DNA from: Candidatus Marinacidobacterales bacterium
GTDB lineage: Bacteria > Acidobacteriota > Vicinamibacteria > Marinacidobacterales > SMYC01
Length of the DNA stretch: 64,000 nt
Assembly (NCBI GenBank): GCA_965224085.1
Contig: CBDCYI010000005.1
Span: 2,080,001-2,144,000 of the forward strand
Direction: 5' to 3'
A program made the position numbers and the translations under genes. Below, one piece after another: positions 1-11,263 of this stretch; position 1 is the first letter of the stretch; every line of letters begins with the position of its first letter. A model generated the notes under the pieces. That model was not told where the DNA came from. It made no database searches and was given only the letters and a program-made list of their open reading frames with translations.

Positions 1-1299
1 ATGATGGAGCCCCAGGTAGCAGCGAAGATTCATAAGTATCGCCGGGCCGTCATTCGTGACGCGGGATCTCCGGAGGACTGGGGGCGGCTGGGTATGGTAT
101 TCCAGGCCCACGGGCTGGAGGTCGAAGCGACGGAATGCTACACGCGTGCCTCCAAGCTCGATACCGTAGAGTTCCGCTGGACCTACTTACTGGCCAACAC
201 ACTTGCGGACAGGAACACAGAGCAGGCGCTCACCTTTGCTGAGCGCGCCTCCCAGCTCAGACCGAGCTATGCGCCGGCTCATGTCCTCGTGGCTCAGCTC
301 CTGGAACGACACAACCGGCCGGAAAGTGCTCTGGAGCGTTACAAAAAGGCGGTTGCGTCAGATCCGCGCTGTACCGTGGCCGTGTTCGGTCTCGGGCGCC
401 TTTACCTGGCGAATCGAGACCTGGAGGTCAGTCTAGAGCATCTCCGGCGTGCTGCAGAATTACAGTCAGACGCCACGCCTATCAACGCCTTCCTGGCTAG
501 GGTCTACCGACGACTCGATGATCCGGCATCAGCCGAGCGGGAGGCTGAACTGGCTCGGCAGCCTAGCAAGGAGATTGTTTTAAACGACCCGCTCATGGCT
601 CAGGTCATGGATGAGGCGGTGTCTTCTGCGGCCTATCACCGCCGAGCGATGCGTGCCGATGCGGCTGGAGATTTGAAAAACGCCGAGGCACTCTACCGGT
701 CGCTCCTGGAGATACGGCCTCTGGATGTTGTGATTCACTATCAGCTAGGAAATATGCTGGCTCGCCAAGGAAAGTTCCCCCAGGCCAGGGATCAATACCG
801 CAAGGCTTTGGACGTAGACCTGCGCCACGCCCCAACACTGGTCGCTTTCGGCAACATGTTGAACTATCAGGGAGAGTTCGATGAAGCGGTACGACAGTAT
901 CGAAATGCGCTGGACGTTCGTCCCGAAGACACGGTCACTCGCAACAACCTGGCCAACGTTCTCGCAAAGAAGGGGGAGCTCGAACAGGCGAGAGCGCATT
1001 ACCAGAAGTCTCTGGAGTACGAGCCGGGCAACTTCGACGCTCATCATAACCTGGGGCAAGTCTTGGCTCGGCAGGGCAAAATCGAGCAGGCAATAGCCCA
1101 TTACCGATCGGCCCTGCGGTCGAAGCACAACGTCGGCCTGGTTCATTCTCACCTTGCCCTTGCTCTCGTCCAGGCCGGAGACTATCGATCCGCTTGGAAG
1201 CACGCAGAACTTGCCCAAAGTCTTGGCGAGACGTTTCCGGCGGACATTCTCGAGGCACTGGAGCAGCGCATGCAGGACCCCACCTCGAAGCGACCCTAA
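1..1299 (+). CDS. Tetratricopeptide-repeat protein (probably 5'-partial at window edge)
   Basis: 432-aa ORF made almost entirely of TPR-like helical repeats (e.g. AHHNLGQVLARQGKIEQAIAHYRSAL); convergent with the CRTAC1/ASPIC genes. Confidence 0.85.
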   Translation: MMEPQVAAKIHKYRRAVIRDAGSPEDWGRLGMVFQAHGLEVEATECYTRASKLDTVEFRWTYLLANTLADRNTEQALTFAERASQLRPSYAPAHVLVAQLLERHNRPESALERYKKAVASDPRCTVAVFGLGRLYLANRDLEVSLEHLRRAAELQSDATPINAFLARVYRRLDDPASAEREAELARQPSKEIVLNDPLMAQVMDEAVSSAAYHRRAMRADAAGDLKNAEALYRSLLEIRPLDVVIHYQLGNMLARQGKFPQARDQYRKALDVDLRHAPTLVAFGNMLNYQGEFDEAVRQYRNALDVRPEDTVTRNNLANVLAKKGELEQARAHYQKSLEYEPGNFDAHHNLGQVLARQGKIEQAIAHYRSALRSKHNVGLVHSHLALALVQAGDYRSAWKHAELAQSLGETFPADILEALEQRMQDPTSKRP

Positions 1300-1358
1300 G
1301 TCGTCGAATTCTTTGGGTCCGTACGGGACGAGGGAACCGCTTTGTGGCTTCTGCTGCG

Positions 1359-4300
1359 TTATCTAGGCTGCTTGAGCCCGAGGGCTTCTCCCAACCCACC
1401 TAGCTCCGGATCGTCCGGCCACCGCTCGAGCCCCTCCTCGAGAAAGCGAAGTGCTTCGCTTCGCTCGCCAACTTGAACGTGAGCACGGATGAGTCTCACG
1501 CAGATTGCGGGCGAAGGAGCAAGGTCGAACGCCTTTCGAAGGGGTTGTAGGGCTTGTCGGCTTTGCCCGGTTTGATTGAGAATGGTGCTCAAGTTGAGGT
1601 GGTCTCTCGGAGACTCGGGTTGGTGGGAGATCGCCGCCTCATAGGAGGAGATGGCCTTCGACAAATTACCCAGCACCGCCATGACGTAGCCGAGATTGCT
1701 GTGTGCATCGGCAAATTGTGGATTCAACGCGATGGCTTTCTCGAACGCCTCTGCCGCTTCTTTCCATCTTTGCTGGTTGAGCATCACCGTGCCGAGGTTG
1801 TGATGGACCTTGGCAGAATCCGGACTCCGTTCCGTGGCCCTTTGGTAGAACGTCTCTGCGTGACTCCAGTAGCCCCGCTCTGCGAACTCATTGCCCAGTG
1901 AAAAAAAATTGCGGAAGAACTCGATTCCCAAATTGATGCCATCGAACGGCAGGCCGACCCGCTCCCGCTCTTCGGCGGTCCGAGGGATTCGCTCCGAGTC
2001 GGCGGCAACGTCATCAGCCCCGACGGCGCCCCGGTAAACCTTGACAATCCTTCCTTGCTCGTCGATGAGGAAGCTCGTTGGAATGGCCAGGTCGGAAATT
2101 CGGTCATAGAGAGTGGGAGTCAGGACATTGTAGACTCCAACCATCTCTTCACTAGCCAGGAGCAACGGGAAGTCGAGCCGGAGCTCCTCCTTGAACGCCC
2201 GCACCGGTTCCTCAGCCGGCGGCTCGTCCACCGAGACGGCTAGAAGAGTGACGCCCGACGCTTCCAGATCCGATCTTTTATTCTTGAAGTCCAAAAGCTC
2301 ACCGCGGCAAGGGGCGCACCAGCTCGCCCAGAAGTTCAGCAGCACCTTTTGTCCTTTGAGACTCGCTAACCGGTGGCTCTTGCCGTCCAAGTCGCTCAAG
2401 GTGAAATCAGGAGCGGGCAGAGGATCCAGAAGCCACGTACCCCTGGGTGGGCTGGGCATGTCTTTATTGACCTTCCGAACCGGAGTCGCGTGGGGCGGCT
2501 GGAAAGGCTCGATCTCGAGGTCCTCCTCGCCTTCGACCACACGGATGAGGTGATTCGCCGGGGTCGACCCGAGTGTCTGTACCACTCCACTCGGCCAGTG
2601 GATGACGACTCTTTCTATCTCCCCCAAACCCTCGAGACCGAAATGAAGCCTGCGGCTACTTTGAGATAGGTAACCGCTTGCCGCACGTACCGTTTTCTGA
2701 CGAACGCCCCGACTGGTGTGGACCTCGACGCGGGCACCTATCGCGTCAGGATTACTCGAGCGACCTTCCAAAAGAAAACGGACCGCAGCCCGTCCGTTGG
2801 CCAGGTCGTTGCGCAGGAGCCGGAGCTGAGGTGCGTTTCGGCTCTTGAGTGCGATGTCAATGTCCCCATCCAGGTCATAGTCGAAACCGACGAAGGCCCG
2901 TCCGTCCTCGGGAAAGTCGAGCCCGCTGATACCCGAGGCATCGATGAAGGTGCCGTCGCCATTGTTGAGGTAGAAGCAGTTGCGCTCGTCGCCGCTCCAG
3001 CTTCCGTCGCCCCGAATGAGGCGATTGATAGCGTTCCAGCCTTGCTCATAAAGCTCCACCGCTTTGTTTTCAGTGGGCGAGCGCGACACGACTTGCCGCC
3101 AGAAGAAGCTTCAAAGATCTTTCGTCGAGGTATTAGTAATGAAGCCATTGACGGAGTAGAGGTCTTCGTCCCCGTCGTTGTCGCAATCGAGAAAGTCACT
3201 ACTCCAGGCCCATCGCCCAAACTCGACCCCGGCCTGCTTGCCGACATCTTCGAACCCGCCATCTCCCCGGTTTCGAAACAAGCTACTTCCCTTGGCGTGA
3301 CGCACGTAGCTGGCGCGTGCGTTGTCAGTTTGATAACCGGGCTGTCCGGTCAGGCGTAGACCGGCAGAAGACCACATGTTGCCCACATAGAGATCGTCTT
3401 TGCCATCCAGGTCGTAATCCACCCAGGCGACGCTCATACCCGCGCCGATGTCCGATACACCCGCGTCTCGGGTAACCTCGAGGAATCTGCCTTTCCCGAA
3501 GTTCTGATACAGATTGTTCCTGCCGAAGTCGTTCGCCACGTAGAGGTCGAGCCATCCATCATTGTTGAAGTCGCCCCAAGACGAGGAGAAGCTGAAGCGG
3601 TCGTTTCCCCGGTCAAAGCCCGCACTCTTGGTGACGTCTTCGAAGGTTCCATCGCCACGATTCCGAAAAAGTATGTTTGGAGGCCCATTGGTGGCATCGT
3701 GATAGGGGTAAGGCAGCGCCAGGGTAGTATCTTCTCCGGGAGCATCGAAGTATCGGTAGCAGGTGACGTAGAGGTCCAAATCGCCGTCGTTGTCGAAGTC
3801 GGCCAATGACGCCGAGCTCAAAGTGGCGTCGGCGCCGTCTTTCCTTTCAAACGAAGCTCGAGAGAGCTCGAATCTCCCGTGCCCGTCGTTTAGGAGAAGC
3901 ACGACGGTCCAGTTATGGATGACGACGAACAGGTCTTGATCACCGTCATTGTCGGCGTCGCCGAAGAGTCCCAAGGAGGTGCGCTCGAGAAGATCGACTC
4001 GGGATTCCCGGCTGATATCCTCGAACGTCCCGTCACCCCGGTTCCGATAGAGCCGGTTCGGGAGTCCCTGCGGCTGAGCCACGTAAAGGTCCTCGAGTCC
4101 GTCGCCATCCACGTCTCCAACCGCAAGTCCGCTATGTCCGTACACATCGATGCCACCGGCGGCATCTACCCCGGTGCGGAAGTGATCGACCCCCATCCTC
4201 ATCTGCTCCCAGTAGGAGGGTGCGTCGGCCCAGGCGACAGTGCTCACGTCGGTAAAGAAGGGCTTGGCGGTTCGCCCTCCGGTGGAGGGCTCGACCTCGA

Positions 4301-4946
4301 GGCGCTTCATTTTCCAACCGTCATCCGAAAAGACCCAGTCCACTCGCCACCAACCTCGACGGGCAATGAAGTCGTTCGCCGCTCCTCGTCCCGAGACGTC
4401 ATACAAGATCCGAGTCCGCGCATGCGACGGCTCGGCAGCGGCATCCACGTGGATACTGACGATCTTGAACTCGAGTAAAGAAAAGGAATGAAACTCCTCG
4501 ATCCAAGCCAGAAGAGCGGAGGGCGCCTGGGCCGCCATTGCGGAGAGCTTTTCAGGATAGCGATACCGGAAGAGCTCAACACTCGGAGGTGCGGCCACCG
4601 CCTGGCTTGAGACCGGCTCTAGAGAAGGTGCCTGAAACCCCCTATGGACAAGCGAGGCGATCTCTCCCGGTCGACGTCCTTCTATTGCCTCTTCCAACGC
4701 ACGGAGCCTTTCTTCGATCGCCTCGGCAACGACCTCGGTCCTAAAACGATCCTGTGCAGGATCGACGGCAACGAACAGGGACTCGACCGCCGAGCGTTTG
4801 GAGGGGTAGCCTCGCACCGGGAAGACCTGTTTGCTCTGCTCAGATTGCTCGGAGGCTTCTCCTGCTCGTGAGGCGGGAGTAAAGGATATGAACAAGCAGG
4901 CCAGCACCACGAGACGAGAAAACGACTCACTCATGATGGAATACAC
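1359..4946 (-). CDS. FG-GAP-repeat / ASPIC-UnbV / thioredoxin-like redoxin / TPR multidomain protein, probably read through an in-frame UGA (candidate selenocysteine) at 3111-3113
   Basis: ORFs 3111-4946 and 1359-3089 are in frame, joined by TGA plus 7 sense codons (STKDL-U-SFFWRQVVSRSP). N-terminal signal-like stretch, DxDxDGxxD FG-GAP repeats, ASPIC/UnbV (SNPDAIGARV...LHFGL), redoxin with WCAPC, C-terminal TPRs. Start may be the ATG at 4934. Confidence 0.75.
3083..3099 (-). promoter_or_regulatory. Candidate bacterial SECIS hairpin for the UGA at 3111-3113
   Basis: UGA, 11 nt, then GCGGCA-AGUCG-UGUCGC (6-bp stem with one G-U pair, 5-nt AGU loop); same geometry as the fdnG SECIS in this window. 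Confidence 0.6.
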
Positions 4947-5264
4947 TTCGCTCCGATCCAGCGGTTGTTTTTGTTGACTCGCTGCCTCGGCGAGATGCTA
5001 TCACCGGCGGAGCCTGAAAGGGCTCCCAGGAAAACGCAAGTTTAGTCCAGCCGAGCGGTCTGACGCTGCTCGCCAGCTGAGGAGAATAGGACGCGAAGCG
5101 GGAAAAAGCAAGCGGTCGCGTTGCAGCGAAGTTGCTGGTGCTGACGATTTTCCCAAGCTCGAGCAAATGATGCTCGCGGCTATAGAGGAGCTGCGCCAGG
5201 GAAGATTGGCCTCAGGGGATTTGAACCGGGCACGAAAAGCGCATGCGCCTCGGTCTTCTTGAAG

Positions 5265-5470
5265 GGCGGCGGAGCCTATACCCGTCCGCCGCGGTTCTCG
5301 CCCGATGGTCGCCGTATCGCTTTCGCCGCCCCGCCGGCGGTAACTCCGATATCTACCTGGTGGAGGCGGACTCGGCCACGCCCCTCCGGCTGACAACCGA
5401 TCCTGCCGAGGACTTCGCGCCATCGTGGACGCCCGCTGGCGAGGCGATCTCGTACTGTGCCGAAATTCGG
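5265..5470 (+). pseudogene. Remnant of a TolB/PD40-repeat protein
   Basis: Frameshifted RFSPDGRRIAF...GNSDIYLVEADSATPLRLTTDPAEDFAPSWTP; no start, truncated. Confidence 0.65.
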
Positions 5471-5614
5471 CCGATCACTTGAACACTAATAATAATGATA
5501 GAAGCGCTATCGCGCTGAAAACTCCGCAACACGCCAGGACCACGATCGTTCGCTTTCCGACCGTGACGAATCGAAGCCCGGGATGGGCGCGACTTGCTAA
5601 GATGAAACAGGGTA

Positions 5615-7825
5615 CTAAGGAAGTAGAGTGAAACGCGTCCCGCCCTCGACGATCGCGATGCGTCGACCCAAAGGCAGATCGTGGAACGTCTGGGTGAGCC
5701 CGGAGGTCGGCCACCAGACTTCGAGACGATCGATCTTTTTCGCTCTTCCCAGGCCGACCATCTGCTCGAGTGGATTGGCTCCAAACGTTCCCCCGCTGAT
5801 CACGTGCTTGTAGATGGTGCGGCGGCGGTCCCCTTCGTCGATATCGAAGCGCAGCCGGGCTCCCTGGGCGGAGCGATTCGACTGCCTCCCGATGAGCTTC
5901 ACGCCGATCCATTGGTTGCCGAAGCCCGGGTTCTCGTAGACAACGTCATGGAAGCCGTCGCCCGGGAGCGCACCGCCCATCTGCTCGAAAACGTCCTGAT
6001 CGCCGTCATGGTCGAGATCCGCAAACGCGATCGCGTGCCCCTTCTGCAAATGAGCGAAACCGCCGGCGGTCGTGACATCCGCAAAAGACTCACCGGATCG
6101 GTTGCGGAACATGACGTTGGGCATGACGTCCTGGTAGTCCGGATAGCCCGTACCCAGGTAGAAGTCCAGGTATCCATCGTTGTCCAGGTCGCCGAAGTTG
6201 GAGCCCATGGGGGCGTTGGGACTCTTCAGATTCTGCTCGAGGGCAACGTCTTCGAAACCGCCCTGTCCGTCGCCGCGATACAGCCGCGCCATCTCGATGT
6301 CGAGGGGCTGCCCGAGGTAAGCGGCGGCCAGGTGTCCGATTCTGGCGATGTAGGCGGATACGAACAAGTCAAGAGCCCCGTCGTTGTCGAAGTCCCAGAA
6401 CCAGGCGGGGAAACTGTCCACCGGGCCATCCACGCCGAGTTCCGTCGCCACGTCCGTGAAGGTTCCGTCGCCGTTGTTGTGGTAGAGACGGTTCGCGCCT
6501 TTCAGATTCGAGACATACAGGTCGGTAAAGGTGTCGGCGTCGTAGTCGCCCCAGATGACCGCCTTGGCAAACCGCAAATTCTCCACATCCGCTTCTCGCG
6601 CCACGTCGGTGAACGTCCCGTCCCCGTCGTTGCGAAGGAGCTGACAAGGGGCTGTCACGCCGTCGTACGTCTCGTTTCCGATATACAGATCCAGGTCGCC
6701 ATCGTTGTCGTAGTCGGCCCACGAGGCGGTCTGGGTAGGAAAGTGCTCCTCTCCCAGCCCGGAGTCGAACGTGACGTCGGTAAAGGTTCCGTCGCCGTTG
6801 TTGCGCAGGAGGGAGTTAGGGTGGAGCCCACTCCGGGACAGCCAGGCTCCGCGCAGTACCAGAACGTCGACGTCGCCGTCGTTATCGTAGTCGGCCTGGA
6901 GCATGTTGAGTCCGCCGGTAATTCCGGTCAGCCCCGCCGGTTCCGTCCGGTCCTCGAACGACCAGCTCCCCCGGTTTCGGAACAAGCGGATCTGACCCGC
7001 CGGATCCCACGTGGAGACGAGCAGGTCCAGCCGGCCATCGGTGTCGAAATCGTCCGCAATGGCGCTCCCGGAAAGACTGAAGGTGTCCAGCCCGACGCGC
7101 CGAGCAATATTGGCGAACCGGGGAAACGGCTCGTCGGAGTCGAACGCTTCCGGCGGAATCAAGTAGGCCTCGGGCACGTCCCCGGGATGAGCACCCAGCG
7201 TCATGAAAGCGATATTCAGAAGCCAGCGCGCGCTCATGTGAATGAGGGTGTCTTCGCTGGAGTTTTGGAGCACCTCGGTGAAGCACTCCACCGCTCTGAG
7301 CGATCCCTCTCGCTCGATATGAATGGCGTTTCCTCGAATCGGAAGGATGCAGCTTTCGGGCGCATTACGGAGACAACAGTTCTGGGTCTCGCCCAATCGC
7401 GTGTAGGCGACACCCATGCGGTAGAACAGTCGGTTTCTCCAGCCTGCGGCCAGTTCGGTCTCCACTTCGCGAAGCAGGCGGTACGCACCCAAAAAGCTCT
7501 CGATTGCCTCTTGCTCGCGGCCCAGGTCGAGCTCGGCCTCCCCTAGTCGGTAGTAGACCTCCCACTTGATGATTGCGGGTATCGTCTCCGGCAGCGCCGC
7601 CAGCTCGGCTCGTAGCGCGCGCGCTTTCTTGTCACCGATGTAGGGATTGTCTTCCGGCGTGCGGGCAACGATATCGGACAGCAGGGCGAGCATCTTCTGG
7701 TGCCCGGGATCGTGGGGCTGGACTCCTGGGGAGCTTGCCGCGAGCAGGAATGGGCTTGCGATCAGTGCGAGCGTCGCAAGCGATCGGAGGATGATGGTGC
7801 GCGATGTATTCATCGCAGGTATCAC
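5615..7825 (-). CDS. CRTAC1-family protein (FG-GAP repeats plus C-terminal ASPIC/UnbV domain) with N-terminal TPR-like and NCC-x7-C region
   Basis: Signal peptide, ETQNCCLRNAPESC motif, many DYDNDGDxD repeats, QSNRSAQGARL...GTFGANPL ASPIC/UnbV region; start may be ATG 7813. Confidence 0.85.
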   Translation of the reverse strand: MIPAMNTSRTIILRSLATLALIASPFLLAASSPGVQPHDPGHQKMLALLSDIVARTPEDNPYIGDKKARALRAELAALPETIPAIIKWEVYYRLGEAELDLGREQEAIESFLGAYRLLREVETELAAGWRNRLFYRMGVAYTRLGETQNCCLRNAPESCILPIRGNAIHIEREGSLRAVECFTEVLQNSSEDTLIHMSARWLLNIAFMTLGAHPGDVPEAYLIPPEAFDSDEPFPRFANIARRVGLDTFSLSGSAIADDFDTDGRLDLLVSTWDPAGQIRLFRNRGSWSFEDRTEPAGLTGITGGLNMLQADYDNDGDVDVLVLRGAWLSRSGLHPNSLLRNNGDGTFTDVTFDSGLGEEHFPTQTASWADYDNDGDLDLYIGNETYDGVTAPCQLLRNDGDGTFTDVAREADVENLRFAKAVIWGDYDADTFTDLYVSNLKGANRLYHNNGDGTFTDVATELGVDGPVDSFPAWFWDFDNDGALDLFVSAYIARIGHLAAAYLGQPLDIEMARLYRGDGQGGFEDVALEQNLKSPNAPMGSNFGDLDNDGYLDFYLGTGYPDYQDVMPNVMFRNRSGESFADVTTAGGFAHLQKGHAIAFADLDHDGDQDVFEQMGGALPGDGFHDVVYENPGFGNQWIGVKLIGRQSNRSAQGARLRFDIDEGDRRRTIYKHVISGGTFGANPLEQMVGLGRAKKIDRLEVWWPTSGLTQTFHDLPLGRRIAIVEGGTRFTLLP

Positions 7826-7877
7826 GCCTACCGCTATGTTAGCGCCAAAACAAAGTAAATGCGAGTGCTCCCGGACC

Positions 7878-9314
7878 CTAACGGATCAAATACCACTCGG
7901 TCTGATATGGCCTGAAGTAGACGTAGCCCTTCTCGGTCAGGTACGCGTCGTCCTCCATCGGTATGAGAACCGTCTCCCCGTTCCACTCCGGTACGGCCGT
8001 TCGCGCGCTGAACTCGATCGAGCGGTAGGCGCCTGGCCGAAGCACCGAGTCCTCCTCCGGTCGCACCCCGAGCTTCATATCGCGGGCGGATAGACTCGGT
8101 CCGACCGCGTGGCCGTGATGGCCGATGGCGTGCGAGTAGATGCTCGGCTGAAAGTCGACTCCCTCGAGCTCTTTCATGATGGCGAGCGTTGCTTCGCGTC
8201 CGGTCATGCCAGGGCGCGGCGCACTCGCCATCGCCTGGTGGACGATATTGGCGTTTTCGAGGGTGCGCTTCAGCCCTTCGGGAGCATCGTCCTCGCCCTC
8301 CCTCAAGATGTAGGCGACCTTCTGCCAATCGCTGGCAAAGCCCAGATAGTTGAAGCCGCAATCGAGGTGAATCACGTCGCCCTTCTGATACACCAGATCC
8401 TGGGGGGCCGGATGGACATAAGGGATCGTTTTGCCAGTGGCCGGCTCCCACCGTTGCACCGCGGTGTGGATCTCGAACCAGGGCTCGGCATCCACGCCCA
8501 GAGAAGCGATCTGCTGGTTGAACCACCACTTGACGTCCGCCGCACGTGTGACTCCCGGCGTGATGACCTCGTTCGAGAGCGTCCTCTGGGCAATCACATC
8601 GGTCGCAAGCACTAGCGCCCGATAGAGCTCGAGCTCTTCAGGAAGGCGGGTATCGAGATAGTCCTCGATGAGTGCGCTGGCCGATACGAAGCGGCGGCTG
8701 GCCTCGGCCCCCAGCGCTTCGGACAAGAAGCGATACGCGTCGAGCGTGATCCCGCTGTTCTGACCGCGTCCACCACCCATGTTGAGGGCGATCGTCTCGG
8801 GCTCGTAGCGCTGATAGAGTGTTCGGAGCCCCTCGGCAACGTCCTGGCGGCCTCGGTCGGACCGAGGTACCGGGAGCGGCTCGAAAAAACGCTGGTAGTT
8901 TTCGGTGGGTCGCCAGTAGTTCGAGAACCGGGCGAGCCCCTCGTCACCCGAATCGACGAAGACGTGAACGTCGAGCCGTCCCGTGTAATAGAGATCGGGA
9001 GCGATGTACTCGAAGACGGCGTCCGGGTGGAATTCGTGGCTGGTGACGATCCACATCGCGACGCCGTACTTGCGCATCATGGGCAGTAGCTGCGCGTGCT
9101 TGCTCACGAGCCACTCGAGCCTCAGCTCGTACTGCGCGCGCACTCCGAGGAGTCGCGGCAGCGGTGGCACGACACGACCGTCGAACAACCGTACCGATCC
9201 ATCCTCTCGACGCTCGAACAGCTTGCCTGTCGCGTCTTGGGACGACAGCAAAGCTGTCACCAGCGGAATGAAGGTGATAAAAGACAAGCATGTAATGATG
9301 ACTCGACGTCTCAT
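7878..9314 (-). CDS. M24-family metallopeptidase (Xaa-Pro aminopeptidase-like), secreted
   Basis: Signal peptide; GDVIHLDCGFNYLGFASDWQ, HAIGHHGH, SIEF and MEDD metal-ligand motifs. Confidence 0.85.
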   Translation of the reverse strand: MRRRVIITCLSFITFIPLVTALLSSQDATGKLFERREDGSVRLFDGRVVPPLPRLLGVRAQYELRLEWLVSKHAQLLPMMRKYGVAMWIVTSHEFHPDAVFEYIAPDLYYTGRLDVHVFVDSGDEGLARFSNYWRPTENYQRFFEPLPVPRSDRGRQDVAEGLRTLYQRYEPETIALNMGGGRGQNSGITLDAYRFLSEALGAEASRRFVSASALIEDYLDTRLPEELELYRALVLATDVIAQRTLSNEVITPGVTRAADVKWWFNQQIASLGVDAEPWFEIHTAVQRWEPATGKTIPYVHPAPQDLVYQKGDVIHLDCGFNYLGFASDWQKVAYILREGEDDAPEGLKRTLENANIVHQAMASAPRPGMTGREATLAIMKELEGVDFQPSIYSHAIGHHGHAVGPSLSARDMKLGVRPEEDSVLRPGAYRSIEFSARTAVPEWNGETVLIPMEDDAYLTEKGYVYFRPYQTEWYLIR

Positions 9315-9651
9315 TTCGTCACTTCCTTTGTTTCGGTGCTCACCGAGCGTTGAGGATAACAGAGTGGCGAGAGAGAGGATAAGCGTCCGAACAAGAATAA
9401 ACGCCTCGAGCTCCCTGCCCCTGGACTTTCCGCTTTGAACCGGTTAGCTGCCATATCGGAAGATGAGCCGCTTGAGTACAATGAGCTCGCGCGCCCCTGG
9501 CGCCTCGGGGTCCTTTCGGCGGGCATGAAAGAAGAACCTTATCTGCTGCCGCGGTCCGAAGGAGCTTGGAGGCTGTCTGTTTCTCAGGAGACCGTTCTGT
9601 CGTTTACACTGCAACGGCGCGAGGATTGCTGAAGGGTGCACGGAGGCAAGC

Positions 9652-11263
9652 ATGAGAGCTTTGAGATGGACCTCGACGGTTCTGGCTGCGACTTTCCTGG
9701 GAGCTCTGGTCGCTCCGAAGGACCTTCAAGGAAGGACAGAGAGTACGTCGGAGCAGGAAGGGCAGAACCCGGAGTTCGAGAGGGTTATCGACAGATACCT
9801 GGCGGAGTTTCACGGAGTGGGAGAGAGAACCGGTCCTCCGGACGACGGCTCGATCGGCTATTACCGGCATCAGCTCGACAAGGCCAGAGAGCTTTTGGCT
9901 CAACTCCAGCAAATCGATCGCGACTCCCTGAGCTTCGATCAGGACATCGACTATCGCTACCTCGAAGGGATCTTGAAATCGAAGGTCATGGACGGCGAGC
10001 GGGTCAAGCGCTGGCAGCAGGACCCCCGCATCTATATCCGCATCGAGCCGATCATTTCGGCCAGAGGCGGTCTGCTCCATGACGAGCTTCGTCCGCTCGA
10101 CGAGAGAGCGGAGAGAATTCTGGAAGTGCTGCGCATCATCCCCGCTCGACTCGCCAACGGCAAGAAAAACCTGACTCAGTTCATTCGCCTGTGGCTCGAG
10201 CCCAGCAAAGCGGAGCTCGCGGGGAACATCCAGATCCTCGAAAAGGATCTTCCTCGCTTCGCGGATCGGGTCGAGAAACGACGAGCGACGCTGCTGGCGG
10301 AGAGCCAGAAAGTCCTCGCCGCGCTTCGAGATTTCGGAGGCTTTCTCGCGACGGAGCTGCCCCAACGGCCGCCCGGGGACTGGAGAGTAGGACGGGATAT
10401 CTTCGACTTCCGCCTGCGTCAGCTGCACCACATCGAAGATATGGACGCGGAGTCGTTCTACGAATGGGGCAGGCGCGCGTACCGGGAGCAGTTGCACACC
10501 CTCGAGCTGACCGCTTGGCGGCTCGGCGACGGGCGAACCTGGCAGCAAATTGAGCTCGACTTGCAGGCCGACCACCCGACGGCCGAAGCGCTGATCTACG
10601 AACACATCAAGGCGGTACGCCGCAATCGCCAGTGGGTGCTCGAGAAAGATTTGGTCTCCTTTCCCTGGGACCAGGACAACGCCGCCATTTCTCGGGCCTC
10701 GCCTGCGGTCTACAGCAACAGAGGGTACGGCAACGGCGGAGCGCCCAGGGCCTTCGGTTCGACCGCTCCGGGGGGCTGGAACGTGGTGCCGGTCGATCCG
10801 AAGTGGAGTCCGGAAAAGCGGGAGGAGTTCCTGCGCGGCCACAGCTGGGCGATGATCAACGCCATGGTAACGCACGAAGTCTACCCGGGCCACGGCCTCG
10901 TGCAGCTCTACTTGAACCACAATCCCAGGAAGCTACGCACCTATGAGAGCAGCTATGCCAACCAAGCCTGGTGCTATTACGTGGAGTGGGTTCTGACTCC
11001 CCAACACGGCTTCTATCCTCCTGAGAAACAGAAGGAGTACATGGTTGAGATGGAACGGAACAAGCTGTGGCGCTATGCACGCGTCATTGCCGACGCGGGG
11101 ATGCACACCGGGAAGGTGAGCTTCGATGAAGCCCTGCAGCTAATGCACCAGGGATTGCTCTTCTCGGAACGATTCGCTTTCATCCAGGTGGAGCGAACGA
11201 CTGGCGGCGGCAGTGGAAATTCGATTCCAACCTGGGGCTACCATCAGATCTTGCAGTTGAGAG
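9652..11263 (+). pseudogene. DUF885-family protein, C-terminally truncated by a deletion junction
   Basis: HEVYPGH motif, AWCYYVE, LWRYARVIADAGMH; similarity stops at GYHQILQLR, after which the ORF runs out of frame into the M20 gene. Confidence 0.7.

Noticed and set aside
5681-7546. Long antisense ORFs (also 9604-10920, 41989-43359, 56490-57983)
   Set aside because: Shadow frames of well-supported genes in high-GC DNA, with no recognisable motifs.
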